A DNA stretch of 64,000 nucleotides from Xylographa opegraphella (GCA_022813865.1 JALDZX010000011.1:310001-374000), one strand, 5' to 3'; positions 23,930 through 36,882 are shown, counted from the first letter of the stretch. A program made the numbers and translations. The notes: generated by a model not told the origin, from the sequence alone.

Positions 23930-26597
23930 TTAGCATACCACAACGTCTGCCGGGTCCGAGCCATGCACTCCTCCCACAAATCCACCATACTTCCCATCCA
24001 TGTCGAATTCGTCCATGGTCATGCCAATTCCAGAGTCGTCATGCACGTTTGCCAGTTCCTCATCCTCAATGTTCGCGCCCTCGTGGAGAGATCCGTGCGC
24101 TTGAGCATCCCGTAGCTGGTGATCCATCTTGTGAACTTCATGCGATACATTCCGAGTAGAAAGCTCGTCGTCCAGTTCGTCTATTGCAGCATACCCATCA
24201 TTAGGTTCGCGGCCCATGGTTCTGATAGCCGCTGTATTTGGTCTGGAAGCTTCGAGACTTTCCCGGCTACCAACCAATCCAAAACCACCTCCAGCACCGG
24301 CGTACGTTGTTGGCGTAGGCCAAGAACTCGCGAGCATGCTATCCGGCCCGAAGTTCTGAAAACCCCCAATTTCGGCCAGCCAAGAACTCATTTCATCAAC
24401 AAAAACTTTGATTTTCCACCAATTTCCAAGACTGTAGGCAGAATTTAAGGAAAGATTGCGTTGAATACCGTTACCGATAACATCAATGTGCATCATCATG
24501 GTTTTTGCATCTACATTAGGAAACCGGACAGGGAGCTGCCGTAGGAAAGAAGCCAGACGCGAAATGACTGTACTTGCATCAACATCATTCGCCGGGTCGA
24601 AAGGATTGTCTTTGTTGAAAAGAGAATGACTCTGCTGACTCTCAAACATGGTTCCTGCGCCTAAGAAAATGCCGCTTTCTGATGGGCATATCAGATCACG
24701 AACCTCTTGCGTCAGAATATGAAGAACTCGAGCATGGCCTTGATGTTGAAGGGAACTCTGAATGACATGGTAAGGATTGACGTGAGAAATCCAATCAGAC
24801 CACAATTGATCACGAACTGGGACGCTATCAAGGACACCCGCCACGTCCAGACAAGCTCTATTGACACGCATATAACGCTCGAGAATGCTGACGAAAATAT
24901 TTGCTGGGCCAAGCATTGCATCCTGAACCTGTCGCGACTGATTTTGGAAGAACTGAGTAATCCATGAGCACAGGTGCGAGGCCACGTGTTGAATGTGAAG
25001 CATTGCCTTGCGAGGAAGTTGTGTCATGATAGTCTGATCCAATAGCGGTGTCATTTTCTGATATTTGAGCCAATCGCATGCACTAATCCACGCAACAATT
25101 TGGGGGTGGGCCAGAAGTTTTTGACCCGGCACAGTCAATAGACCGATAAGTGATTTGTAGCTGTCGCAAAACTTCTCAGTTTTGCAGTACCGGAAATTGT
25201 CGATCGCGAGGAGACAATGAGAACGATAGACAGAAGTCAAGGAGCTTACGGCATCTTCGTCGATTCCTGGGGGAAGGAATGGAGCGATACTGGGTAGTTC
25301 CAGCTGTGTGTCGCCTTCGGGACCTTGCTGTATAGAAGTCTGAAAATATAGCGGACGATGCATGACATTTGACCGGGATTGATGAGTTTGACCTTCGAGA
25401 TGAGGAGATAACCGAAGATAGAGAGAAGATGATGCCATACCGGTCCTAATTGTTGGACTTTGGAGATTACCCGTTCGATGAGCACGGGGTGACGGAAATT
25501 CTGCAGTATTGTCTGCAGGAAGTTGAGGTCGTAGGCTATAACAAGTTTAGTCTATCATATGTAACATAACGAGACTTGGTGTAGATATTTGATCGCGTCG
25601 AAGGTCAATAAGCAATCTAACGTACCTCTGGTTCCTCGATCTCTGATTCAAATGATGTCCATACTCATCAAACAATATACTTTGAGCTCGCTGGCTTTGT
25701 GCACTGTCGTTGAAATTGTCCTGCGTGTTGAGAGCCAGTTCGACGTAATGGTATTTAGATTCTCCACGTACACCCAGTCGACGCGTCTGAATACCTGGGA
25801 AAATTATGCGAACCAGTTTTCCGAATGATGCTGGGTTAAGAGGTGGTACTCTTTCAGTACCGCACCCATTCGCGTATGAGGAGAAGACTCGACTACGAGG
25901 TACAGATCCGGTCTTCGACCTCATACAATGGAGAGAAAGCCTGTAATAATGTCAGTGATGTTTACTTCGGTCAAATTCGACATCCATACCATAACATCCC
26001 GAATATTTGTTTAGTCTTCTCTGATTTCGGACCCTTATCATTTTCCAGTACCTGCAAGGCAACTTCGTGTAAATCTCTTCCGATGTTCTCTCGGTACAGT
26101 CGTCGAAGTTCTATATCGTTCGCGGCACTAGTCGCAGCTCCTTTCTTTCTTGGAACCATGTTTTCTGCATTGTTCTCCTGATCACCGGCATCTTGTGTCT
26201 GCACTTCGGAGTCTTGTCTCTCATTTCTATCTTCTGCTATAGAGGCCTGTAGTAGTTCCTGCATACCTGCAGCATTTTCATACCCATGGTCGACTCTGTA
26301 CGTATTATCTTGCGCGTCTGCAGTGTCTAATTGAGTCGCGGACTCGATCCTATATTGATTGTTTTGGTCCGCGAACTGGTGTAATGTCTGTACGGCTACA
26401 GCCTCGGCTATTGGTTGGAACGAGACCGAAGGATGATTTGAGCCGTAGGCAGAGTCCGCACTTTGATAATATGGCAGGGCGGGTTGAGTTGTATTTGATT
26501 GTATACTGGTGGTGGACTGCCGAGATTTGGGCCGGCTGCTTGCGACAGAAGTTGAGTTGGACGTATTGGAACGTGCTCTGGGGTTTTTCGAGGGCAT
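23930..26597 (-). CDS. RFX1: RFX-family winged-helix transcription factor (CPCR1/RfxA/Crt1-like)
   Basis: RFX DNA-binding domain VPRSRVFSSYA..CGTERVPPLNPASFGKLVRIIFPGIQTRRLGVRGESKYHY. Introns at about 25941-25989 and 25545-25625. Downstream dimerisation-like region YRSHC...WI..CDW..YQ. An upstream (possibly UTR) exon is suggested by a donor near 26727. Confidence 0.93.
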
Positions 26598-27193
26598 ACT
26601 GTCTTATTCGCGATGCGCCTAAGCTTGGTCAGTCATATTACAAAGATAACAGAGAGGCAAGACTGACATGACACGTGCAGAAATTTCTGCAGAGCGGACT
26701 CCTTCACAAAGTCGTTGAATCACTTACCGATTTCAGGCCTGTTCGAAGCAAGCAATCGGTGGGATAGATAGCCGTTCAATCCAGCGATCAACGTTATGGT
26801 TGACGTTCCGGTAGGCTACAAACAAAATGATTGCGCGTAGTAGTCTCCTACGCGCAAAGCCAGTGTGCAGGTTTAGATGCCACGGAAGAAGACCCCGGAA
26901 TTTATTGGTCGGTGTACGGAGATACAGCAGATGTCTTAGGTCCTATGTTTGACACTTTATCAAGGTAGCCGGAGAGCGATGTTTTCGTCGGAGGCTGGGG
27001 ACCAAAACACAAAATACGGCCAGGGACTCTTTCTCTTCGTGTTGAAACAGAGACCTCTCGGCCATCAGTACAATCCAGAGGACGCCGAGTCTCCAAGAAT
27101 CACCCTCGATAATAAGCGTTGTTAATAATATGCAGTCGGAAAAGGGCAATTGCAACGTTGTGGACCAATTTGGAGGGACGTAAACAAGGAGTT

Positions 27194-27207
27194 GTTGCCG
27201 TGGCAAG
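27194..27207. promoter_or_regulatory. Candidate RFX X-box (GTTGCCGTGGCAAG) in the RFX/YOP1 divergent promoter
   Basis: 12/14 match to the palindromic X-box GTTGCCATGGCAAC. Confidence 0.5.
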
Positions 27208-27433
27208 CTAATGGACCCTTCGGAGCGATTTGGCGAGGCACGGAGCACACTAAAAATGTGACCTTGATTCAGGCTGTGACGTTGTTCGCCGACGACCTTC
27301 CATTTGCATCCTCAACCTTTTAACTACAAAACTCATCTCCTTCACCATTCCACGCTACAACCAGAGCTTTCACACACCCCATAATTCTATCAAAGGTGCC
27401 AGGACCTATTCTCCAGCTCTCTGAATCGTTATC

Positions 27434-28309
27434 ATGTCCTTCCAAGACCGAACCCAGCACCAGATCGGCCAGATCGATAAGGAGGTCAGTTCATCCACGC
27501 GCCAAATCTGCGATTTTCTACATATGGGCCGCATTTATTACGATCGAGTTAAAATACTGATGTGAATCCCATAGCTTTCCAAGTATCCAGTGCTCAACAA
27601 TTTCGAGAAGCAGACGTCGATCCCCAAGGTCTACGCCTTCCTTGGATTGGTCGGAGTTTACTTCTTCCTCATCTTCTTCAACATCGCCGGCGAATTCCTT
27701 GTCAATATCGCAGGGTTTATCATTCCTGGATATTATTCTCTAGAGGCACTGTTTAGCGCAAGCAAGGTTGACGATACTCAAGTACGAATTCTATCTTTGT
27801 TGGCTGCCTCTTTTTTGGCTGTCCTGGTTTAGTCCTTCAGTCTACAGCCTGCTAACTGTCAACTAGTGGTTAACTGTAAGTACCAGCTTTGAGAGTCGGA
27901 TACTGGGCGACCTTTGGAGTCGGATGATCACGGCACGTGACTAACCTTGGCATCACAGTACTGGGTTACATACGCATTCCTGACAGTTTTCGAAAGTGCG
28001 GTTAACGCCGTCTACTGGTTCCGTAAGTGATTCAAATGTATGCTGTCTGCCTTTTTGCTGACCTGAATATCATAGCCTTCTACTACACATTCAAGTTTGT
28101 TCTCGTCTTGTGGATGGCTCTTCCCCAAACTGGGTAAGTGGCACCCAGATAATGATATGAGTACTCTCTAACATATAATCTCCCCTAGCGGCGCGCAAAT
28201 CGTCTTCCGCTCCCTCATCCAGCCTGTATTTTCTCGATACTTTTCCCAGAGCGGTTCCACCGCGGCCAATCTCCGCTCTCAAGCTGACCAAGCCACCAAG
28301 AACATGTAA
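27434..28309 (+). CDS. YOP1: ER-shaping protein Yop1 (TB2/DP1/HVA22 family)
   Basis: MSFQDRTQHQIGQIDKELSKYPVLNNFEKQTSIPKVY...PGYYSL.AL...DDTQWLTYWV...FYY.FKF..VLWMALPQ.GGA. Six exons, including a 9-nt micro-exon at 27867-27875. Confidence 0.96.
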
Positions 28310-29133
28310 GCTTGGGTAGAGTGGCGGGGTATTCCGGAAGCGATATTTGTGCAGGCTGCCAGGTATAGCGTGATATCGTATCCATGGACATCGGAATCGC
28401 CAAATGATGGGCGGAAGCAAGTGCAGAATGACAAGCGGGCATTCATTGATATTGTCACGAGTTGCGTTGAGAAGCGTTGAGAAAGCGTTGTGGGTTTTGT
28501 TAGAAGTGCGCTTGAAAATAGATCCAATTTCAATAACTATATTGAAGAATTATATTTACGGGTGTCACAGCATTGCTTTCATGCCCTTCAATGAGCAAGT
28601 ACCTCGAGAAAATCCCTCGACAGCACTCTTTGGGAACATAGTATGTATCTCTACCATACACAGAATACTTCATCTTCCACCATTCGGATTTCAGGTTGAG
28701 CTACGGCAGCTTCTGCTTCCCACGCATTCCCTCTTCGAACCGAGTATAGTCTTCCCGTATGGTACACATGAAAATCAGGTAACTTTCGTGCCGGGATGCT
28801 AGGTTGCGATTGGTATCTACCGTTCTCCCAATCTTTGCCTGCGCCGTCAAATCCCTTCCGCTACCCACAACCTCAACCTCATCTTGCCCGCAGGAAGTCC
28901 ACCACACGGGGCTATGGCCATAGCCGGAGCCGAGACGGCGAGTCGCTAGGCCCGAGAACTAAAGCCCCGCAGAGCCTTTTAGTTGCGTGCCAAAGCGCGG
29001 AATTCCGGGCAGCGACCATGCACCCGGCACGTCTTCATCCCCGGGCGTAAAACTCGGAGGTTCACCCAAGTGCATATATGTCATCGTCAAGCATGGGCCA
29101 TTTTCATCGCACGAGGACTATGTAGGAGCGACG

Positions 29134-30607
29134 TCAAGAGGCCTGGCGGACACCTTGCCGAGATTTTTGAGGCCCAACCCTGAGCTCCTGCCTGATCTCG
29201 TCCAATTGTTCCATCCCGCTCTTGTAAGCGCCCTTTTTGACCCTCCGTTTGCCACTCATCGAATACCCACCCAAGAACTCGTCCATAATCCCGTCGAAGT
29301 CCTTTCGCATTACCAGATTGGGTGCTTGGCTCGATGATGTCGACCATTTGGAAGCGGAAGAGAGATTGGAGGCACGCGACACACCTGAGAGGTTGGAAAT
29401 CTGCCCAGTCATGACGGACCCTGCGCCGTCGTCGTCGTCGTCGTCATCCGAGAGCATGTCCTGGTCGGCGTATTCCTCTTCAATGTTGTCGAATCGCGCG
29501 TCCAGAAGGGTAAGGCCTTCGGTGCGGAAGAGAGAGGAGGAAGTCATTGAGTAGCCGGTGCTGGACGTCAAAGCACCTTTGCGTTTCTTGTGGCGTCCAC
29601 TTGCGAGAGAAGAGGCTGTGAGGATGGAAGATTGTAGATCAGCGTTAGAGGCGTTAACGGCCTTACCCGTCTTCTGGGTCTTTGTAGCTTTCTTGAATTT
29701 GCTAAATTCGGCCATCCACTCGCCGTCTCCGTGGTCCGGCCCCGTGTCTGTGGGGATTACGGAGCTACTCGGTATAGTAGCTGCCTTTGGAGCTGCGTCT
29801 CTGTACTCTTGTATGGGTTTAGCAGTGTGGTCACTTTCCCAGCCATCCTCGTCGTCTTGAGCTCTGTCGTCCATATAATCAAGCTCTTCGAATTCTGCTA
29901 AACTGATCTCCTCTCTGTCCTTGGCAAGCTCGCCGAAAAGATCTTCCTCGTCGTCGACGTAGGCTTCGTCTTCAAGCGCTTCCAAAACCTCTCGTAGTCG
30001 AGGATCCATATCTGGTTGGAAGCCTGTTAAGGCATCCGGTACGTCTTGCTGATCTTGATAGGTAGTTTTTTTGAGGGTCCGTGAAGGCAGGATATCGTCG
30101 TCCAGCAATTGCTTGCCATTTTCGCTGCCTCCCATCTTACTCTTGCCATCATCCAGACTAACACCCCTCAATGCATCTTCCAGCTTCACTTTCCCCTTCC
30201 CCTTCTCCTTCTTGGCTGGCGCCTCCACGAAATAACTCTTGCCACTTCCGTTTCCACCGTTGAGATCTCGCATGTGCTGCATATAATCATATTCGGTATC
30301 GTCGTAGTATATCCCATATTCTGCGGCTTCTCCTTCGTTTTCCCTAAGTTCTGGTACTTCTGATACAGCATCATGCGAGCCGAAGAGTTCAGACTCAAGG
30401 TCACTGCGGTTCTTGATCTTGTGAGCTTGCGATGGAGCAAGCTCTTGAAAGACCATAGCCGAGGACGAGGCATCGTGTATTTTGGGATCGTTTTGCGGAC
30501 GATGGACAAGGGCATAGGTGGTCGAGGTGGATTTGTCGCTAGTAGAAGTCAGTCAATGTCTGTGGTCGTTGTAGGATTGACTCTCACATCCATCCTTTGC
30601 GAGGCAT
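29134..30607 (-). CDS. LTV1: 40S ribosome biogenesis factor Ltv1
   Basis: MPRKGWI|DKSTSTTYALVHRPQNDP; GEAAEYGIYYDDTEYDYMQHMR; GFQPDMDPRLREVLEALEDEAY; SMTSSSLFRTEGLTLLDARFD. One short intron near the 5' end. Confidence 0.95.
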
Positions 30608-31346
30608 GCTGGGCAGCGAAAGCTTGACGAAATAAGCTCTACTAACAGTGACAAGTCCAAGATGCTAACGTACTAGAACCCTGGAGTAGGAAATCGAACA
30701 ATTTTGAGATATGACGTTTCACATAAAAAAGTTCACGATTGAATTCGGCATGTGCGCTTCTTGGCGCCAAGAACAATATCCTACGCGCCCAAGTGGCCCG
30801 AGCTCGCCTGAACATTGAGAGCTAATGACTCGCATTCTTCGAAATCAAACTGGACACTACAAAATTGATTTTAATACATCCAATTGTCACGATGTCTTTA
30901 GCAGAGTGTGCACTAGCATGGTTCGTACAAACGAATTCCCTGTCTTTATCGTACGGGCTGGCACCTACTTCTCTACCTTCCGCATCACGGACACCAAACA
31001 TTCTTGCTCATGCTCTGCAGTTCTCAATTGAGGCTGCTCGATAAATTGGCACAAAGGATCGGTGTCCAGCAGCGAGTTAATGTGCTCCGTCTGTCTGAAT
31101 TCCATGCTGCGGATACTGGATCTGAGGACATGGTAACACACAGGGAGGAAATGGGGTGAATACGCATGGAAACAGTAGGTCTCTATGTCACTCAATGGGA
31201 AATACCCAATTCAAGTGCTAGGTGTTGGCGAGTGCGGTGAGATGAGGTGCTGCACAGGAGGATATGCTGATCTCGTTTGTTTGTTTCGTACGTGCTTGTC
31301 ACGCCAGAAGGTGTCCCACGAGAAATACATCACTATTGTTCTCAAT

Positions 31347-32183
31347 TCAATTCTCCATCTCCAATGCTACATATCTCTTCCGCTTCCGCTTCTGCTTCTG
31401 CTGGTGCTGGTTCTTCACCCCCTCCTTCACATTCTCCTTCCCCATCCTCCCTGCAGCCTTCCCAGCAACCCTAGCCGGTGCCTTGGCCACCGCCTTCACC
31501 GCCGCGCCCACCGCCGCCTTCGCGCCCGTCACCGCGCCCTTCACCCCAGTCGCCACCGCCGTCGCCACCGTCTTCGCGACCCCAACAGCGGCACCCACGC
31601 CGGGGATCGGAATCGCCATCGACAGCCCCGAGAACACCGACTGCACGGTCGACTTCGCGTAGTTGTAGTCGCACTTGCAGCCGCCCATCTGCTCGTACGA
31701 GGCGCGCCACAGCGCCATCTCGACGCCCTCGTGGTGGAAGGTCTTGGACGAGTCCCACGAGATGTGGCGGTCGTCGCCCTTCCGGTCGCAGTACCACTGG
31801 CGGATGTCGATCTTGGTGTGGCACTCGCCGTGCAGGTTGTCCAGCACGCCCTTGCCGCAGTCCTCGCGCTTGTTGTCGCCGAAGCCCGTGAGCCGCAGGT
31901 CGAAGTGCCAGCCCATGTCGCCCACCACGGGCACGTGCTGCTCCGACACCGTGCACGCGCACCGCAGCTTCTCCCACAGCAGTTGGCCCGCCGCGGCGGC
32001 TTCCTTGGCTTTGGCCGCCGTGTGCTGCTGCGAGGCGCCGTTGCGCGGGAGGAGGAGGGCGTGAGCGTGGGCGTGGGCCGCTGGAGCGCTCGAGGCGTCG
32101 CTGGGGGTGGGGGTCGCGCATGCGGGGAAGGGGAGGGCGGCGAGGAGGATGAATGCGCGGAGCACTATGGACATGGCCGGCAT
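31347..32183 (-). CDS. Secreted orphan protein: Cys-rich domain plus Ala/Val/Gly/Lys amphipathic tail
   Basis: Signal-like MSIVLRAFILLAALPFPACA; very high GC3; Cys motif CGKGVLDNLHGEC...QWYC; AVK-rich repeats and a basic C-terminus. Confidence 0.65.
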   Translation of the reverse strand: MPAMSIVLRAFILLAALPFPACATPTPSDASSAPAAHAHAHALLLPRNGASQQHTAAKAKEAAAAGQLLWEKLRCACTVSEQHVPVVGDMGWHFDLRLTGFGDNKREDCGKGVLDNLHGECHTKIDIRQWYCDRKGDDRHISWDSSKTFHHEGVEMALWRASYEQMGGCKCDYNYAKSTVQSVFSGLSMAIPIPGVGAAVGVAKTVATAVATGVKGAVTGAKAAVGAAVKAVAKAPARVAGKAAGRMGKENVKEGVKNQHQQKQKRKRKRYVALEMEN

Positions 32184-32995
32184 GTTTCGTGCGGAATGGG
32201 GCTTGAGGAAACGATGGATGAGGAAATCAGGGGAGCATTTGTGCAGGAACTTGCACGGGGCGCGGGGGGAGGGGGGCTTGCGGGGGATTGGGTGTTTTTA
32301 CATACTTTTATTCCTACAAAAACATGAGAACACGGCACATGGAAGCTGGAATGTTTTTCTACCAGTTTCTGCTCTCGGTTGGTGGAATGTTAGAAGGCAC
32401 GCCGTTGACGATAAGCCGTGTTGGTTTTTCGTCCCGAGTTGCCCCTGCCTCGGTAATCATCATGTTCTGCATCGGCCCGTTTGTACCATGTAAAGTCCGG
32501 CTTACCAACGGTTTAAGGGATTTTGGCCCTAAGCCTCTGAAGAACTCACCGTTTCGCGACCTATCGGAATCGGGAACATCCATCACCTCCGATTGAATAT
32601 ACCACAAGTAGTTGCCGAAAGGTCATCGCCGCCAGTTCAAAGAGGCTATCAACTACGGCTTACAATAATCCATTGCAACATCTGCAGACGTCTAACACAC
32701 GGCGACCGCACGCAATCTGCCAACACTGTCCCTGGCCAGGAGCTAATCTACAAGGGATCTTTTTATTTCACACGCACATCAAAGCTCGATCAATGTTTCC
32801 GAAGAATGTGGCCTGCCGCTCGACGAAAGCCGTCGATGCGTCACGTGTCCCACATGGTCTTCTTCGCGGATGATAGAATTTGTGGATGACATGTAGATAT
32901 AATTTCCTCGCACCCAAATGCATTGACCAAGAATCCATCTTCACACGACGATGCCAAAGAACAGCCACGAACATCCCACGTCGAGCGTCTCCGCC

Positions 32996-34341
32996 TCATC
33001 CTCTGCCGGCCTTGTAGAACTTCTCCTGGATCTCCTCTTCCGTAAACCGCCGCGTCTTGGTCCTCAACATGTCCGCCAGTTCCTGCTTGCTCATGTGGAT
33101 CTGCTCGCCCATCGGCACGATGCAGTCCGCCAGATACAGGTAGTCCTTCTTCAGCAGCCGGTAGGTCATCATGAGGTAGTCGATGTTTTGGAAGACAAGC
33201 GCGCGCCCCTCGCTGTACTCGCGCTTCGCCTTGAGGAATGCGGCTGGGTGGTCGCGCCAGTGCCGGCGGGGGTTGAGGTGGTGGGAAGTGTGCCAGCCGT
33301 CGTTGAAGCAATAGCGGTTGCTCTAGGGCGAGTCAGCCCTCACGATCAAAGGGAGGGATAGGGAGATGGGTTAGGGAGATGACATGGACGATGGAGGGAG
33401 CAAGAGATATTGCTCACGGGTACATCGATCAGTGTGATGGAGGATCGAAAGTCCGACTTGGGGTCGATTTCATCCACGAGTGCGTGCTGGCCAAAATTGC
33501 CGACCATCAAGCCGATCCGCATTTGAATCAACGGGAGAATGAAGACGAAAAGCGTAGGGTGGAAGTTGAGGCGTGCCAACAGGTATATGAAGCCGTAGGA
33601 GGTGAGCTCCGAAGCCGCAGATTTGGCGGCGAGTCCGAATTTGCCCTTTCGCCAGAAGTAGAGCGGTAACTCGATCCATATGAAGGCCAAGAAGCGTCCG
33701 ACGTAACACAGGAAATCAACCAGCTCGTCTCGCTGGTACCGAATGGTCGAGGAGAGATCCTCCGGTCCATTGCCTTCCACATGATGATGCTTGACATGGT
33801 GATAGAAGTACGAGTCCCAAGTATGTCCCATCAGCGGCTCCAGCACATACGGCCAGGCATAGTCGAACATCGCATACCGCTTTGCCAAGATGCCATTGTT
33901 GTGAATATGGTTGTGCAACATGAGGGTGAAAGAGCCACAGTAGTATAATTGCATTATCCAATGGCAGACGCCATGCACGTAGGAGAAGTGGTAATAGAGG
34001 TACAGCGCGCTCGGGACGGAGGTGCTAAAATAAAGCAAGATATGGGTGAGGAAGACGACATCGACAGGATTGCGAACGATCGTTTGGGCCCAGGAGATAT
34101 ATCGCTGCAAGAGAAAGGCCAGCAGGCCTCGGTCTTTGGAGACTGGAAGGTCTTTGAGGTCATAACTGCAACAGATTGTGGGTTCATTTTTCAGTGCCGC
34201 GAGTTTGTCCAACGTTGATTGGTTATCATGGTCGATGGATCCTATGGATCCTGAGACCCGTTCAGCCTTGATGTCTTGTAGTAAGTTCTGGAGGACTGCA
34301 AGGTCAGACTGGAGTAGGAAAGGGTGGATGGGAGCGTTCAT
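32996..34341 (-). CDS. Membrane fatty-acid desaturase/hydroxylase-like protein (His-box family)
   Basis: His boxes LMLHNHIH, YHHVKHHH, GQH and, in exon 2, FNDGWHTSHH; several TM segments. Intron at about 33322-33417; stop at 32996. Start taken as MNAPIHPFL (34341); the ORF extends upstream to 34464. Confidence 0.85.
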
Positions 34342-36882
34342 GGCACGAAACTGATTTTCGTGTGAGAATGGCCAGTCGTGTTTTCGACTGAGGTTGAAAA
34401 GCCTAGCTTCTGTGGTGCTAGCTGCCTCGGCTGCCAATGCATTGGCTAAGAACTGCCCGGCCACGTTAGATTTCTACAACAAACTGACTACAGGTGTGCG
34501 ATCATCTGAGTGTTCATCGCAGTCGGTGCTGGTAACCAAAATGCACAGTGCGTTTGCTCTGCACATCCGGTACGGCTGGACAACCTCCATGGGGAGGCCA
34601 CAGGCACTCCCCCAGGATCGGGGACGATCCGTCACTTCCAAACACCATTTATATATTAGCGACTTTGAGAAGTCGTGCTTCGCCTGGGGAGAGAAGCGGT
34701 CTTAATGTGCTACCTGTGGGGCAACGGCTACAGTGCATGTGATCGTGATCACGCAATGAGCAAGAGCAAGCAACCTCCCCCGTGTCACTCATTTCCATTG
34801 CCATGTGACATTTCCTCGTCGCACGGCACTGGGTGGGATGCCAGACCAACGACCGAAGTCTTCGAGAAGGTTTGGGCCATTTGATGGGCCTCGTGCAGAA
34901 GCGTGGTAAGGACCCAACACTTTTCTGTAAACGTAAGACAGCCTTCTGCGGTCATCCAAGCATCAGGCAGGTCGAGAGTCTATAAGCGCGCGGCATCTTC
35001 TGAAGGTCTGCAGTAGGTCGATGCAACGACTTCGACCGGTGGCGTGTGAGCCTAGTGCGGACAGGCCGATTCGGGAGATGGACGGTCACCACGATGACGG
35101 AGATATTGCTGCTTCGAGCGGCCCAATCGTGCTGGTTGCATGACGGAATGTAACACGGTGCACTTGGCTGTGCTGCTGTGGCACGGCACTTCCTGAAGCT
35201 GCGAGAGGAAGAGGAAAGCAAATCGTCGGTATCCAATCTTGCCTGCGTCCCACCTCCTGACGGCGGCCATGTCTCACGTGTGACTTGTCGTGCCTTGGGA
35301 AACAATACATGCTGCAGCGTCCTACATGATTGCGTTGCGAAGAATGACGCTCCGTCCGTCGCTCATGATTTGTTTGTGCAATTCTCCGTGACTCCTCGCA
35401 AGAGGAACTAAGGTATAAGGTATCGTTGTGCCCGGTGTTTCATGCGCGCTTACAACCAGCTGAACCATGGGCACGATGGACAGGCTCGACAGGCTACAGC
35501 TAACAAGTCACGCATTGGTGGCCTTGGCACGAGGGGCGGAGGGCGCCGCAAAGTCTGCCGTGAGGGAGTTGGGCCTGAACCGTGCTGATAACGCGCGCTG
35601 GAATGGGACAAGAATATGCAGTCAAACGCGACATCGACCTGCCAGAATGAGCTGCATCTGCATCTAGATCGCTCGCATATGTGTCCGGGTATCTACAGCC
35701 GACGAGTCCTACCACAATCGGAAGTGATACGTTCTGGCACTTGTGGATCTCGTCCTTTCATAAAAGCTGAAGTTCCAGACAACGGAGGACGAGAAGGAGG
35801 AGGAGAGGAGCGGGAGATCAAACATGAAGTGACCGCGAGTTTACAAGGGCCGACCCAGTCGATACCTCAATAATGGTAGCTTCAGGCCGGCGTGTGAGAC
35901 GAGTAGTAGATCGTCCGCTTGCTGTGCTCGAAGACGGAGAGGAGGAAGGGACCCTTTTCGGGGGACTTTCGGGGCACTGGCTACCTAATCCGCTCAGCGC
36001 TACCCCTGTCCAGCGGGGCTGTCCGCTGGGTGTCTCGCGGTGGGAGTCCCCTGAGAGTTCGAAACTTTAGGCTCTTTAGGGGGTTAGTCAGATACGAGCG
36101 GAGGTCTCAGCCAGGCAGCCGTCGCATTCGAGGCTTCGAAAGCCAAGCGCATCGGCAGTCAAATCATGCTTGCTGCGTCGGAAACAGATTTGCAGAACAG
36201 ATACGGAGTAGATTGAATTGTAATACTCGAAAGTCTTGCATCCAAATTCTCTTCCGCCAGACCCGTGAGAGTAATAATAATAAAACGAAACTTCTATCGT
36301 CTTGCTTCCCACCCTCGTTCGCCCACCGGACTCCAGCCAGCTAAAGTGACCTTAGTCAGAGGCGTGAGATCCGAAACAAAAAAAGTCGACTCCTCGGACT
36401 CTAATCGCACGTCGCATCCACAACCCCCCAATCACACCCTTGGCGAGCCAATCCCGCCCCCCACCCACCCCGGCAACTTCCAAAACCATTCGAAACCTCG
36501 CCCGTCCTCATACTCAACCTCCCACCCCCCCCCCGTCTGTCCACTTTCCTTTCCCACCGACTGTAGCTGCCCACCATCGCCCGTCGCTGTCACTGTCACT
36601 CACCGTCGACGAGGTCAATCTCCACCACTCGACTGTACTCGGATGGAACGGCCTCGGAATACTGTGATCTGACTTCTCAATCTGCCAGAAGACGTGCTGA
36701 GGATCACTTTCACTGGGACCTGCTCGCCGTTCCTAGTCGCGCCAGCAGAACACTTTCGAGGCTCATACGCAGCTGACTCAAGAACTTTTGCCAAACCGAC
36801 CCGACGTTTTTCGTCAGGTTCGTCCTTGTGCTTCGTACCTGGACTCAAATTTGCTTCAGCAGCACGGTGAACTCGATACGAT

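Noticed and set aside
31185..32327. 380-aa plus-strand ORF and other long ORFs overlapping high-GC genes (e.g. 38901-39758, 48428-49276)
   Set aside because: Antisense or off-frame shadows caused by stop-codon depletion at high GC3.
36048..36075. GTTCGAAAC hairpin resembling a tRNA T-arm
   Set aside because: No acceptor stem, D-arm or anticodon arm at the correct spacing.
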